A stretch of DNA of 64,000 nucleotides, from positions 1-64,000 of the IMG/VR virus record IMGVR_UViG_3300049259_000177; one strand, given 5' to 3'. The position numbers were made by a program, and so were the translations under genes. Under the pieces are notes generated by a model. That model ran no database searches. It was not told the DNA's origin and saw only the letters and a program-made list of their open reading frames with translations. Positions 35,739-44,447 of the stretch are shown piece after piece. Origin of the DNA: a virus. Position 1 is the first letter of the stretch. Each line of letters begins with the position of its first letter.

Positions 35739-36806
35739 CTACCACGCTCCCATGAACGTCATGGTCGCCTCGGCGTAGTACTCGACGTCGGTGACGAAGC
35801 GCTGCCACACACCGCCAGGCACCCCCGCGTCAGTACCGTCGCCACCCTCGAAGTGCCGGTACCACAGGGTGCCGGGGTTGGTGCCGGTCATGTGCTCGGC
35901 GATTTGGAACCCGTAGTTGTTGTTCTTGTTCTGATGACGCACTTGAAGCACGAGCCACCAGTCCGGCTGGTTATCGCCGAGCGGCGTGTGCTGCACGTTG
36001 CCCGACCCGTTGTAGAACCCGCTCATCCGATTCTGCAACGTGTTCATGTCGGGGTTGCCGCCAGCGTTCGACGGAAGCGAGGCGGTCAGGTTTGGCTGAT
36101 TGATGAAGTCCAGCGGGCCGAAGTACTTGTCGTTGGCTCCCCCGACCCGCGACGACATGTCAAGGGCTCCGGCGAGACTGAGCCCGGCACGGGCGAGGCC
36201 GCCCGCGACGCGCGTCTGGCCGGGCGTGAGCGCATCGCCGTTGCAGGTGAACACCGGGGAGTTCGCGATGTCGCCGTTGCGGACCGCGAGGAGCAGCCAG
36301 TTGGACGGCGGCGGCTCCCACGTGCCGGTGTAGGCCGCGATGTAGAAGTTACCGGGGACCGAGTTCTGGACGTCGCCGACGGGCAGCGCGTAGTAGAGCG
36401 CCTCCCACAAGTTGAGTACCACACCCTGCGCGGTCCAGTTCCGGGCGGGGGCGCCGCCGACCACGTTCAGAGGTGTCCCGGCGGCGGGCACCGTGATGTC
36501 GAAGTAGCCGCTCGTAGCCGCGTCGGTGGCGTGCCCGGCGGAGATGACGATGAAGCGCTGCGTCCAACTGAGGCTGTAGTTGACGTCGAGGGAGACGACG
36601 CCACCGCCGGTCACGTTGAACCCGGCCCGCAGTCCGTAGAGCGCGGACGGCGGGGGGGTGCCGAGGACCACCGGGGTGCCGCCAGGCGCGAGGGTGTAGA
36701 CCTGGCCGCCTTTGACGTAGAGCAGGGTGCCCTGACCTGCGGCCGGGGCGGCCGGGTCGGCGGCGTTCTCACCGAGGAGCAGGGCTCCCGAGACGGGTAG
36801 GGCCAC
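35739..36806 (-). CDS. tail fibre / receptor-binding protein
   Basis: C-terminal knob-like SGFY...QIA...LWYR...W motif. Confidence 0.75.
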   Translation of the reverse strand: MALPVSGALLLGENAADPAAPAAGQGTLLYVKGGQVYTLAPGGTPVVLGTPPPSALYGLRAGFNVTGGGVVSLDVNYSLSWTQRFIVISAGHATDAATSGYFDITVPAAGTPLNVVGGAPARNWTAQGVVLNLWEALYYALPVGDVQNSVPGNFYIAAYTGTWEPPPSNWLLLAVRNGDIANSPVFTCNGDALTPGQTRVAGGLARAGLSLAGALDMSSRVGGANDKYFGPLDFINQPNLTASLPSNAGGNPDMNTLQNRMSGFYNGSGNVQHTPLGDNQPDWWLVLQVRHQNKNNNYGFQIAEHMTGTNPGTLWYRHFEGGDGTDAGVPGGVWQRFVTDVEYYAEATMTFMGAW

Positions 36807-36811
36807 CCTGA

Positions 36812-38227
36812 CTAGACCTTGCCGCTCACGACGACGTGGTAGGCGTTGAGCGCCGGAGGCGTACCGAAACGCAGCGTGATGGTGTTCGCGTCGGTGACGT
36901 CCCACTCGGTCAACGTGTTCTTGCCGTCGGAGTTGCGCCGCACCGACACGGCGGCGACCTGCGTGCTGCCGAGGTTGTGCGGGATCGCGTACACAGTCGC
37001 AGCCCCGTCGCCGACATCCTGCTCGTAGGCGCGGACCGCCCCGGAGATCTTCGAGACGGCGATCGCGGCGGCGGCCGCAACGTCCGCATTGACGATGGTT
37101 CCGTCGGCGATCTTCGCTGACGTGACGGCACCGTCGGCGATGTTGGTCGTGCCGATCGCCAGTGCTGCGATGTCAGTGCCGACGATGGTTCCGTCGGCGA
37201 TCTTCGCTGACGTGACGGCACCGTCGGCGATCTTCGCGTTGGTGATCGCAAGGTCGGCGACGTTGGTAGTGGCGATCGTCAGGTTGGCGATCTTCGCGCC
37301 AGTGATCGTCGCGTCCTGCATGTCACCGGCGACGATCGTCCCGTCGGCGATGTGTGCGCTCGTCACACCACCGGCGGCGAGACCGATCTGCGGGTTGACG
37401 CCGCCGGTCGAGGTGATCGGCCCAGCGCCGGTGACGGATTGCACGCCGTCGACGGGGCTCTGAAGTTCCTGCCAGTTGGCGAGGACCGTCGGGTCGGCGC
37501 CTTGCAGGATGAACGAGTCGTGGATGTCGGTTCGGATCGCGACGTCGCCGGGCTCGGCAGCGAGCGCGAGCATCGCGGCCTGGCTGGCGACGACAAACGT
37601 GTTGGTGATCGCGAGCGCCGGAAGCAGGCCGGTCGGCAGTAGTCCGTTCGCGTCGAGCCCGGCGAAGCCGTTGGCGACGTTGCGGCCACCGACGATGTTG
37701 GTGACGCGTGCATCGGTGGCGAAAGCGAAGTCGGAGATCGTCGCGGCGGTCTGCGTGCCCGTGTGGTTGGCGCGGGCGAGCGGGTCGACCGCCAGTTTGC
37801 TCAGCAGGATCGCGGCACCGGCCGCAATGTCGGCGTCGACGATGTTGAGCGCGGCCAGTTTCGCTTTCGCGATTGCGGCACCGGCCGCAATGTCGGCGTC
37901 GACGATGGTTCCGTCGGCGATCTTCGCTGACGTGACGGCACCGTCGGCGATCTTGCCGGTGGTCACGGCGAGCGGAGCGACCGTCGGGTTCGGGTAGTTG
38001 CCCGCCAGGTCGCCTCCGGCCGGGCCGGACGGAGCGGTCGAGCCGAACACGACGGACTGTACCTGCGCGCCGTCCCAGTAGCGGATCTGGTCGGTCGAGG
38101 TGTTGTACCAGACCCGGCCCTCGTCGGCGGCTATCAGCCCGGACGGGTCGGCGGCGAGCGCCTGCAACTTGAGGTTGAAGATCTGGAACCCCGCCATGTC
38201 GAGGTTGTTGGTTGCCGGGATAGCCAC
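36812..38227 (-). CDS. tail fibre protein with VTSAKIADGT repeats
   Basis: 10-aa repeats, NGFAGLDANG, ASQAAMLALAAEPGDVAIRTD, C-terminal HNLG domain. Confidence 0.85.
   Translation of the reverse strand: MAIPATNNLDMAGFQIFNLKLQALAADPSGLIAADEGRVWYNTSTDQIRYWDGAQVQSVVFGSTAPSGPAGGDLAGNYPNPTVAPLAVTTGKIADGAVTSAKIADGTIVDADIAAGAAIAKAKLAALNIVDADIAAGAAILLSKLAVDPLARANHTGTQTAATISDFAFATDARVTNIVGGRNVANGFAGLDANGLLPTGLLPALAITNTFVVASQAAMLALAAEPGDVAIRTDIHDSFILQGADPTVLANWQELQSPVDGVQSVTGAGPITSTGGVNPQIGLAAGGVTSAHIADGTIVAGDMQDATITGAKIANLTIATTNVADLAITNAKIADGAVTSAKIADGTIVGTDIAALAIGTTNIADGAVTSAKIADGTIVNADVAAAAAIAVSKISGAVRAYEQDVGDGAATVYAIPHNLGSTQVAAVSVRRNSDGKNTLTEWDVTDANTITLRFGTPPALNAYHVVVSGKV
37091..37951. repeat. three identical 51-bp direct repeats
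   Basis: 37091-37141, 37181-37231, 37901-37951. Confidence 0.9.
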
Positions 38228-38235
38228 CGTTGCTC

Positions 38236-38904
38236 CTAGATCTCGACGCTGCCGGACATCGGTGCACCGAAACGGACCTGCACAGTGTCCGCGTCGACGT
38301 ATTCCAGGTCGACCATTCGCAGTTCGCGGCCGGTCGAGTCGCGGACGGTCACCGGGAGGATCGCGTGCTTGTTGTGCTGGATCGTCCAGACTGCGCTCGG
38401 CATCGGCACGTCGTAGTGGTCGCGCTGGTAGGCGCCGAACGGACCGGGCTCGCCCTGGATGCCCTGCTCTCCCCGCTCTCCCTGGTCGCCTTTGGAGGAC
38501 CACAGCCGCCAGTACACCGAGTCGAAGGCGGCCATCGGCGGCAGGTCGATCGGCGTGCCCCACGTCGCGCCGTCGAAGTGCACGAGGGACTGCGCCACGT
38601 ACGCCGTGCCGGGCTGCCACTCGCCGGTGTCGACCCACGGGGGACCCGGCGGGCCCGTGCGACCCGGCGGGCCCGGCTGGCCGGTATCGAGCACAGTGAC
38701 GTCGGTTTCGACGTCGGCGCTGCCGTCAACAGGGATCGTCGAGCCCGCTGGCTGGTCGCCGACCACGACAAGGCTCGGGGCGCCCGGCGCAGGCTCCTCG
38801 GTGACGACGCCGGGCTCTGGGTCGGCGTCCTCGACGACGACAGTCGTCGGCGGCGGCTCCGGGTCGCCGACGACGACGATCGAGCCGTCGGAACCGGCCG
38901 TCAC
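38236..38904 (-). CDS. collagen-like minor tail protein with CBM5/12-like module
   Basis: GXY runs; GEWQPGTAY...VHFDGATW; WTIQHN C-terminal domain. Confidence 0.75.
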   Translation of the reverse strand: MTAGSDGSIVVVGDPEPPPTTVVVEDADPEPGVVTEEPAPGAPSLVVVGDQPAGSTIPVDGSADVETDVTVLDTGQPGPPGRTGPPGPPWVDTGEWQPGTAYVAQSLVHFDGATWGTPIDLPPMAAFDSVYWRLWSSKGDQGERGEQGIQGEPGPFGAYQRDHYDVPMPSAVWTIQHNKHAILPVTVRDSTGRELRMVDLEYVDADTVQVRFGAPMSGSVEI

Positions 38905-39284
38905 ACCGTCACCCTCGGGCGAGTGACGCTCGTGTCGATGGACTGCGCCCCGGCGGCGAACTTCACCGGCACGCCGCCGTCCGGCGGATAGAGGAACAGG
39001 TCGTAGACACCGGCACGCCGCACGGTCCAGCCCTGCTCCTCGGCGAGCGTGAGCGTGATCGTCCCGGCCGGGCCACCCAGTTCGATCAGGCCCTCGCCGT
39101 CACCCGGAGCCGTGTCGAAGGCGACGATCAGGTGACTGTCACCGGCCGCCGGGCGAGACTCGGCCCGGGCGGTGTAATCGGAGATGTCGACCGGGCTACC
39201 GTCGGCGTGCTCCCAGGTGAACGGCAGCCGGAACGGCAGGCCCCACGTGATCGTGAAGTCGTGCACGACGATCGGCTTGGTCAC
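38901..39284 (-). CDS. BppU-N-like fibre/baseplate adaptor
   Basis: PVDISDYTA...GTITLTL...GVYDL; leaderless after class-C promoter 39291-39325. Confidence 0.65.
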   Translation of the reverse strand: MTKPIVVHDFTITWGLPFRLPFTWEHADGSPVDISDYTARAESRPAAGDSHLIVAFDTAPGDGEGLIELGGPAGTITLTLAEEQGWTVRRAGVYDLFLYPPDGGVPVKFAAGAQSIDTSVTRPRVTV

Positions 39285-39331
39285 GAGAGCAGGCTCCCCG
39301 ATCGAGGGGGTTAGTGTCGCCCCGACCCCGC

Positions 39332-39399
39332 TTGCGCTCTCACGCTAAGCGGGTGTACGGTCTTGGTTGTGCGGGAGAGCGACCCGCCGGACAGGAGAC
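39332..39399 (+). promoter_or_regulatory. box-A promoter cassette with hairpin B
   Basis: TTGCGC-N18-TACGGT; hairpin 39371-39387; 29 nt identical to the 33108 cassette. Confidence 0.88.
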
Positions 39400-39403
39400 G
39401 ATC

Positions 39404-39757
39404 ATGGCGAAAGGCAACTGGCGCCGCCGGGACTTCGGCTGGCTGCGCGCCGACGGCGAGGCGTTCCTAGAGCGAGGCGCCCCAATGAGCGACACCGGCA
39501 AGCCCGCGTGGCTGGTCTGGATTCGCGCGCTCGACAGCGAGATCGAGATCGGCGAGGGCGGCACCGTGCTTACCCGCGATGGCTGCGACCCGGTCCGCGC
39601 GCTCGGCGAACTGTGCGGCAACGAGCCGTCGCAGGTCCGCCCCGACGGCCCGTGGTTCATTCACCGTGGCGACGAGGGCTGGCTGGCCGACGCGAAGGCC
39701 GCCGCCGAATACCACCTCGCGCGTCGTGACGAGAAGGCCGACGCGGTGACGCGCTAG
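39404..39757 (+). CDS. hypothetical protein
   Basis: ATG after ACAGGAG. Confidence 0.8.
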   Translation: MAKGNWRRRDFGWLRADGEAFLERGAPMSDTGKPAWLVWIRALDSEIEIGEGGTVLTRDGCDPVRALGELCGNEPSQVRPDGPWFIHRGDEGWLADAKAAAEYHLARRDEKADAVTR

Positions 39758-39809
39758 ACCAGCGCCGACGTGACCTACGGTGGCCGGGAGATCTCGACGA
39801 GAGGACGCC

Positions 39810-40205
39810 ATGACCACCGACGCCGCACCGCTCACCCGGGCCAAGGCCGTCATTCGCAAGCAGCCCGCAGCAGACGGCAGGGGCCAGCCGTGGGAAGCGC
39901 ACGGCTGGCAGTGCCCGTGCGGCAGCGACAACGGCAAGACCGTGATAGCGACGAAGCAGGACGCGGAGAACGCCGCCGACCAGCACACTCGCGAGTACCA
40001 CCTGTCGACGGTGCTTGCCGACCTCGGGTCGCTGCACAGCCGCGACCAACTCAAGGTGGGCGCCACGTTCGTCGGCGACATCGTGCGCTTCGTCAAGGAA
40101 ACCGAGAAGGGCACCTACGTCGAGACTGCCGCGCACGGCCGCTACGTCATCGACGATTCGAGTCAGGCGAAGCCGTACACCGATGGCCCAGCGCGGCCGG
40201 AGTAG
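39810..40205 (+). CDS. hypothetical protein (class-C promoter 39748-39781)
   Basis: GAGAGGA RBS; C-x-C..H motif. Confidence 0.7.
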   Translation: MTTDAAPLTRAKAVIRKQPAADGRGQPWEAHGWQCPCGSDNGKTVIATKQDAENAADQHTREYHLSTVLADLGSLHSRDQLKVGATFVGDIVRFVKETEKGTYVETAAHGRYVIDDSSQAKPYTDGPARPE

Positions 40206-40527
40206 CCGCCGGGCCGAGGAACTGCAACGCGAGGCGCTCGACGAGAAGGCGAAGCCTGTCCGGCTCGAATGCGTGCCGTGCGGGCACCGGTGGCGGATGC
40301 AGCGGCACGACACGTGGAACGAGACCTGCCACGCGGCCGTGAGGTTCCTCGACCAGCACCAACAGACTTGCGAGGCGTATCAGCGTCTCGCCGAACGGAT
40401 GGCAGCGGAGGCCGCAGGTGATCCCAGCACTGGGCAAGGCGACGTACCCGGACGAGAGCAAGGCGACGCCAGTGCCGATCCTGTTCCTCGACACCGAAAC
40501 TACGTCCCTGCGCCCGCCGTGGCGTAG
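40183..40527 (+). CDS. zinc-finger hypothetical protein
   Basis: CVPC...H...C. Confidence 0.55.
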   Translation: MAQRGRSSRRAEELQREALDEKAKPVRLECVPCGHRWRMQRHDTWNETCHAAVRFLDQHQQTCEAYQRLAERMAAEAAGDPSTGQGDVPGREQGDASADPVPRHRNYVPAPAVA

Positions 40528-41092
40528 CGCACCTCGGCGGCCGTGGGAGATCGGCGCGATCCGACGCGAGACGAACGGCTCCGAGCAGGAGTGGCAGTGC
40601 TTCGTCGAGGACGTCGACCTGACCGACGCTGACCCGATGTCACTGTCGTTCGGCCGGTTCTATGACCGACACCCGCAGTACGCGGGTCATATTGTCCACG
40701 ACCCGGACGCGCGAGTGCGTCGTGACGGCGCGGGCTGGCGGATGGACTCAGAGGCCGAAGTCGCGCTGCTCGTCGAGTGGCTCGCGCGCGGCGCCCATAT
40801 CGTGGGCACCGTGCCCGACTTCGACGTGACGACGGGCGACCAGATGCTTGAGCGTTGGGGGCTCGCGTGGCCCGCGCACTACCACCTGATCTGCGCCGAA
40901 GTGTACGCAGCCGGAGCGATCGGCTGGGTGCCGCCGTACGATTCGAAGGAACTCTCGCTGGCGTTGGGCGTCGACCCGTCGGCGTACACCGCACACGAAG
41001 CGCTGGAAGACGCTCGCTGGGCGAGGGATCTTTTCGACGCCACCCGGACGCATACCGGCACTCGCGTCGCTCAGCCGTCGACGCGACACTAA
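40472..41092 (+). CDS. DnaQ-like (DEDDh) 3'-5' exonuclease
   Basis: FLDTETT, P.FD, HEALEDA. Confidence 0.85.
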   Translation: MPILFLDTETTSLRPPWRSAPRRPWEIGAIRRETNGSEQEWQCFVEDVDLTDADPMSLSFGRFYDRHPQYAGHIVHDPDARVRRDGAGWRMDSEAEVALLVEWLARGAHIVGTVPDFDVTTGDQMLERWGLAWPAHYHLICAEVYAAGAIGWVPPYDSKELSLALGVDPSAYTAHEALEDARWARDLFDATRTHTGTRVAQPSTRH

Positions 41093-41170
41093 CCAGCCCC
41101 TCGGGGGACGCTACGCGCGGCACAGTAGTCGCGCCGCGACGCCTTCCGCCATGCACCGAGGAGCGCACCC

Positions 41171-41893
41171 GTGGCAGTCACCACCCACAACGGCCGTACC
41201 TTCGACCGGCGCGTGCACTTCGACGAGAAGTCGCGCGCGTTCCCGATCCGCACCGTCATCGGGCCGGTCGCACGAGTGCCGAAGCAGTGGCGTCCCGGCA
41301 TGACCCTGGACCAAGGCGAGGAAGGCACTTGCGTAGGCCACGGCTGGGAGGCTGAACTACTCGCCAGCCCGGTGCGAGTGAAGGTTGCCGATGCGGCGGC
41401 CGGTCACCAACAAGCCGTCGGGATCTACGAGCGCGCAAAGCAACTCGACGACGAGCCGGGCGAGGCGTACGAGGGCACCTCGGTGATCGCCGGTGCGAAA
41501 GTGCTCGTGGAGCGCGGCTACATGGCGGAGTACCGGTGGGCGTTCGGCATCGACGACCTGATCGACGCCGTCGTCGCGCACGGCCCGGTGGTCGTCGGCA
41601 CCGACTGGCACGACGGCATGTATCAAACGCGGCCCAGCGGGTTGATAGAGGTCGGTGGGCCGGTCGTCGGCGGCCATTGCTGGTTGATCTACGGCTACCA
41701 CCCCGCCATGCGCATCCGGGGCGAGGACTGGAAAGCGCGATACGAGGTCCTGCGTATGAGGAATTCATGGGGGCCGACCTATGGACTCGGAGGTTCCGGG
41801 CTCATCAAGGTCGAGGACATGGACGCCCTGCTGAAAGCGCAGGGTGAATGCTGCGTCCCCACTCGCCGAGCCTACGGACCAGCCGCCGCTTAA
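41171..41893 (+). CDS. papain-like (C1-type) cysteine peptidase
   Basis: DQG.EGTCVG, GGHC.LIYGY, RNSWG give Q-C-H-N catalytic set; class-C promoter 41078-41112. Confidence 0.85.
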   Translation: MAVTTHNGRTFDRRVHFDEKSRAFPIRTVIGPVARVPKQWRPGMTLDQGEEGTCVGHGWEAELLASPVRVKVADAAAGHQQAVGIYERAKQLDDEPGEAYEGTSVIAGAKVLVERGYMAEYRWAFGIDDLIDAVVAHGPVVVGTDWHDGMYQTRPSGLIEVGGPVVGGHCWLIYGYHPAMRIRGEDWKARYEVLRMRNSWGPTYGLGGSGLIKVEDMDALLKAQGECCVPTRRAYGPAAA

Positions 41894-42036
41894 GGGCCGC
41901 GCCGCCCGCCCTGCACAGCCAGTCCGATCAGCCAGATCACGAGCATGACCAGCGCGACCCACCACAGGACGTGCACGGCAAAGCCGACGCCGCCGAGGAT
42001 CAGCGCGAGCAGTAAGACCAGCAGGAGAGCGCCCAT
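41890..42036 (-). CDS. small actinobacterial hydrophobic membrane protein (48 aa)
   Basis: MGALLLVLLLALILGGVGFAVHVLWWVALVMLVIWLIG; ATG 7 nt after TAACGT. Confidence 0.75.
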   Translation of the reverse strand: MGALLLVLLLALILGGVGFAVHVLWWVALVMLVIWLIGLAVQGGRRGP

Positions 42037-42046
42037 ACTCGGCACG

Positions 42047-43633
42047 TTACCCGGCTGGGCCCTCGCCAACGCCTGCTTCGAGGTCCGCCACGGTGTGGAT
42101 GGGGTCGTCGCGGTAGAACCCGCAGCCGGGAGCCTGGCACTCCGGGTTCGACTTACGCCGCTTGTCCTGCATGAACTCGTGTGGGCCGTCGACCTCCTGC
42201 TCGGCCTCCGGGGTGTGTGCCACCTCGGGCGCCTGGGCGTCAGGAGCGGGCTCCGCCGTTGTCGGCTCGGCGGCGGCCACGGCTTCGCTGTCAGCGGCAC
42301 CGTCGACAATCTCCGCGTCCTCGACGTCGCCGGGCTCGCCCGCGTCCTCGCCGCCGGTGCCGGACAGTACGGCGTCCAGGTCGGCGATCACCGGCGCGGA
42401 CTCGTCGCTCGCCCACACGGCGTAACGTTCCGCCTCGGCCCGGCGGGATTCGTCGCCGCGCAGTTTCTCGACGATCATCGAACGAAAGCCGTGCACCATC
42501 GGCGCAAGCGCGTTCAAGGGGAAGTCCTCGATGTTCTGTCGCCGGGCACGCACGAAGCGGCTGGCGAGTCCCGCCGGGGTGTTGCCCATCTGCTCGGCCT
42601 GCCACCCAAGTTCTACGAGCCAGGCGGCCCGGGCGGCTTTCTCGTCGAGTACCTCGCCCGTCGTCCCGTCGACGGGCTCCTGCTGCTCAGCGGTGGCGTC
42701 GGCGGGCTTCCCTGGCTCCGTCGGCGGTTCCGGGGCCGCAGCGGGTTCCTGAGGGGCACCGGGGGCCGTCTGCGCCGCCTTGGCACGAGCGAACGCTTCC
42801 TTGCGCTGCGCGGCCCGCTCTCGCTCCTCCCGGGCCTTCTCCTCCATGTCGGCGCGGTGCATCTCCTCAAAGGTGACAGTCCCAGCGAACTCGTCGGGGA
42901 ACACCTTGCGCAGCACCAGTGCTTCACTGCATTTCGCAAGCATGTGGTGGAAGCCCTTCTGCCACATCTCGCCGAGTTCCATGATCTGCGTGCCGTCCTC
43001 GCCGACGACCGGCACCTTGCGACGACTACCCTGTGCGCCCTGCCACTCGAACTTCGGGTAGAGCGGCGCGTACATGCCCCAGTGGGCGACGGCGTCGGAG
43101 ACGACCATCTGGCCGAAAGCATCGTAGTGACGGATGACGGCCTTGGCTGCGCCCGGGTAGCCCCGCGATTCGGGCCACTCGTCGTACCACACGCGCTGCA
43201 TGACGCCGGTGGCCTCGTTGTAGCGCCAGCAAGCGGGGTCGTCGTCGTCGCCGGTCCACAGCCAGGTGGCGGAGCCGACGAGGAGTCTGGTGCGGGCAGC
43301 GATCGTGCGATACCCATCAATCCCGACCTGAATGGTGAACTTTGCCTTGTCGCCCTCGCCACGCTGAATGAGGTACGCCTGCCTGCGCCACGGATCTACG
43401 TTCATCCGCTGGCAGACGTGCAGGAAGACTCTGAGGTGCGGGCGGGCGCGCTCATCGTCCGGGTTGGCGTTGGTGATTGCCGACAGCGCGGCTTTCTGCT
43501 CCGGGGTGAGCCGGGTCTGGTTCGGTTCGAGGGTCAGCGAGCCAAGGGTGACTACACCTTCCGGCTCAGGAATCTCGTCGGTGGTCGGGATCTGCTGTTC
43601 CTGCGGTGGCGCCTCGGCCGTAGTGCTGGTCAC
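42047..43633 (-). CDS. bet: Bet/RecT-family single-strand annealing recombinase with long C-terminal extension
   Basis: DPWRRQAYLI.R...TIQVGIDGYRTIA.R...MW.K...MLAKCSEALVLRKVFP. Confidence 0.9.
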   Translation of the reverse strand: MTSTTAEAPPQEQQIPTTDEIPEPEGVVTLGSLTLEPNQTRLTPEQKAALSAITNANPDDERARPHLRVFLHVCQRMNVDPWRRQAYLIQRGEGDKAKFTIQVGIDGYRTIAARTRLLVGSATWLWTGDDDDPACWRYNEATGVMQRVWYDEWPESRGYPGAAKAVIRHYDAFGQMVVSDAVAHWGMYAPLYPKFEWQGAQGSRRKVPVVGEDGTQIMELGEMWQKGFHHMLAKCSEALVLRKVFPDEFAGTVTFEEMHRADMEEKAREERERAAQRKEAFARAKAAQTAPGAPQEPAAAPEPPTEPGKPADATAEQQEPVDGTTGEVLDEKAARAAWLVELGWQAEQMGNTPAGLASRFVRARRQNIEDFPLNALAPMVHGFRSMIVEKLRGDESRRAEAERYAVWASDESAPVIADLDAVLSGTGGEDAGEPGDVEDAEIVDGAADSEAVAAAEPTTAEPAPDAQAPEVAHTPEAEQEVDGPHEFMQDKRRKSNPECQAPGCGFYRDDPIHTVADLEAGVGEGPAG

Positions 43634-44013
43634 GTGCTCCTCCTGGTTGCCGGGTCGCTCTCCGGCGATCGGTCTGTCCTCGATGATGGGGTACGGGTAC
43701 GACAGTTTGGCGCGACATAGTCATTCGCAAGTTGCAGCACGACGTTGCACGCGATGGCCCACAGGTCGGGCCGGGCCTGCCGCAACCGGAGGGCGCGCGC
43801 GACCTCGCGGCGCTTGTCCTCGGGAATGCGCTGCCAGCACATCGCGCACACGACGTTGCCGTAGCGCACGGACAGGCCGCAGCCATGTGTCGGACAGTGG
43901 TGACGGCCACGGGTCTCGACGAACGGCTGGGTATAGACGCCGGGCGCCCGCCACTCGCGTGGCTGGGTCTCCGGCGGCAGTTCTTCGAGGTAGGCGATCT
44001 CGGCGGCGGTCAT
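43630..44013 (-). CDS. zinc-finger hypothetical protein
   Basis: CP..GC...C..CW..IP. Confidence 0.65.
   Translation of the reverse strand: MTAAEIAYLEELPPETQPREWRAPGVYTQPFVETRGRHHCPTHGCGLSVRYGNVVCAMCWQRIPEDKRREVARALRLRQARPDLWAIACNVVLQLANDYVAPNCRTRTPSSRTDRSPESDPATRRST
43636..43716 (-). promoter_or_regulatory. class-C promoter plus hairpin-B leader of bet
   Basis: GTCGCG-N22-CATCAT; gccgg-AGAGCGAC-ccggc at 43649-43666; AGGAGG. Confidence 0.75.
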
Positions 44014-44057
44014 GTCGGGGCGCCGGACCCGTAACGGCCTATGCGGAAGGGCGCCGC

Positions 44058-44369
44058 TCACCGCGAGCAGGCGCCGGTGTGCCCGGGCGGCTTGCGCGGC
44101 CCCGGTTCACCGGCGGGGTCGCCGATGCCGCAGAAGGGGCACAGCGCACGCTCGCGCTCGGAAGAGGCGAGCATCTCGACGACGATGCGGCGGGTCAGGT
44201 CGTGCGGCAACCGAACCCCGGCAGCCTCAGCGGCGCCGGACCACTCCTCCTCGGTGAAGTGCGCAGCCTTGTCGGCGGTGATGTCCATGCCGGACAGCCG
44301 CAGGTACAGACTGAACGCCTTGTTGCGGCGCGCGACCGTCTCGCGCTCCTCGGCGACGGTGGTGATCAC
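44058..44369 (-). CDS. hypothetical protein
   Basis: AGGAGG RBS; first gene after box-A promoter. Confidence 0.75.
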   Translation of the reverse strand: MITTVAEERETVARRNKAFSLYLRLSGMDITADKAAHFTEEEWSGAAEAAGVRLPHDLTRRIVVEMLASSERERALCPFCGIGDPAGEPGPRKPPGHTGACSR

Positions 44370-44377
44370 GGATCTCT

Positions 44378-44447
44378 CCTCCTGGCGGGCCGGTTCGCTC
44401 GCCAGCCCTCACCACGGAGTGTACCCGCTTAGCGTGACAGTCCGCAA
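44378..44447 (-). promoter_or_regulatory. box-A promoter cassette with hairpin-B variant
   Basis: TTGCGG-N18-TACACT; gggctgg-CGAGCGAA-ccggccc at 44387-44408. Confidence 0.8.

Noticed and set aside
37091-37951. Fibre repeats as DGR template/variable repeats or shufflon sites
   Set aside because: Copies are identical with no adenine-specific differences; no reverse transcriptase or invertase in the window
45-44447. Box-A repeats as a CRISPR or TIGR-like array with the Cas4-like gene
   Set aside because: Copies are kilobases apart, on both strands and tied to promoters; no repeat-spacer periodicity and no cas1/cas2 or effector gene
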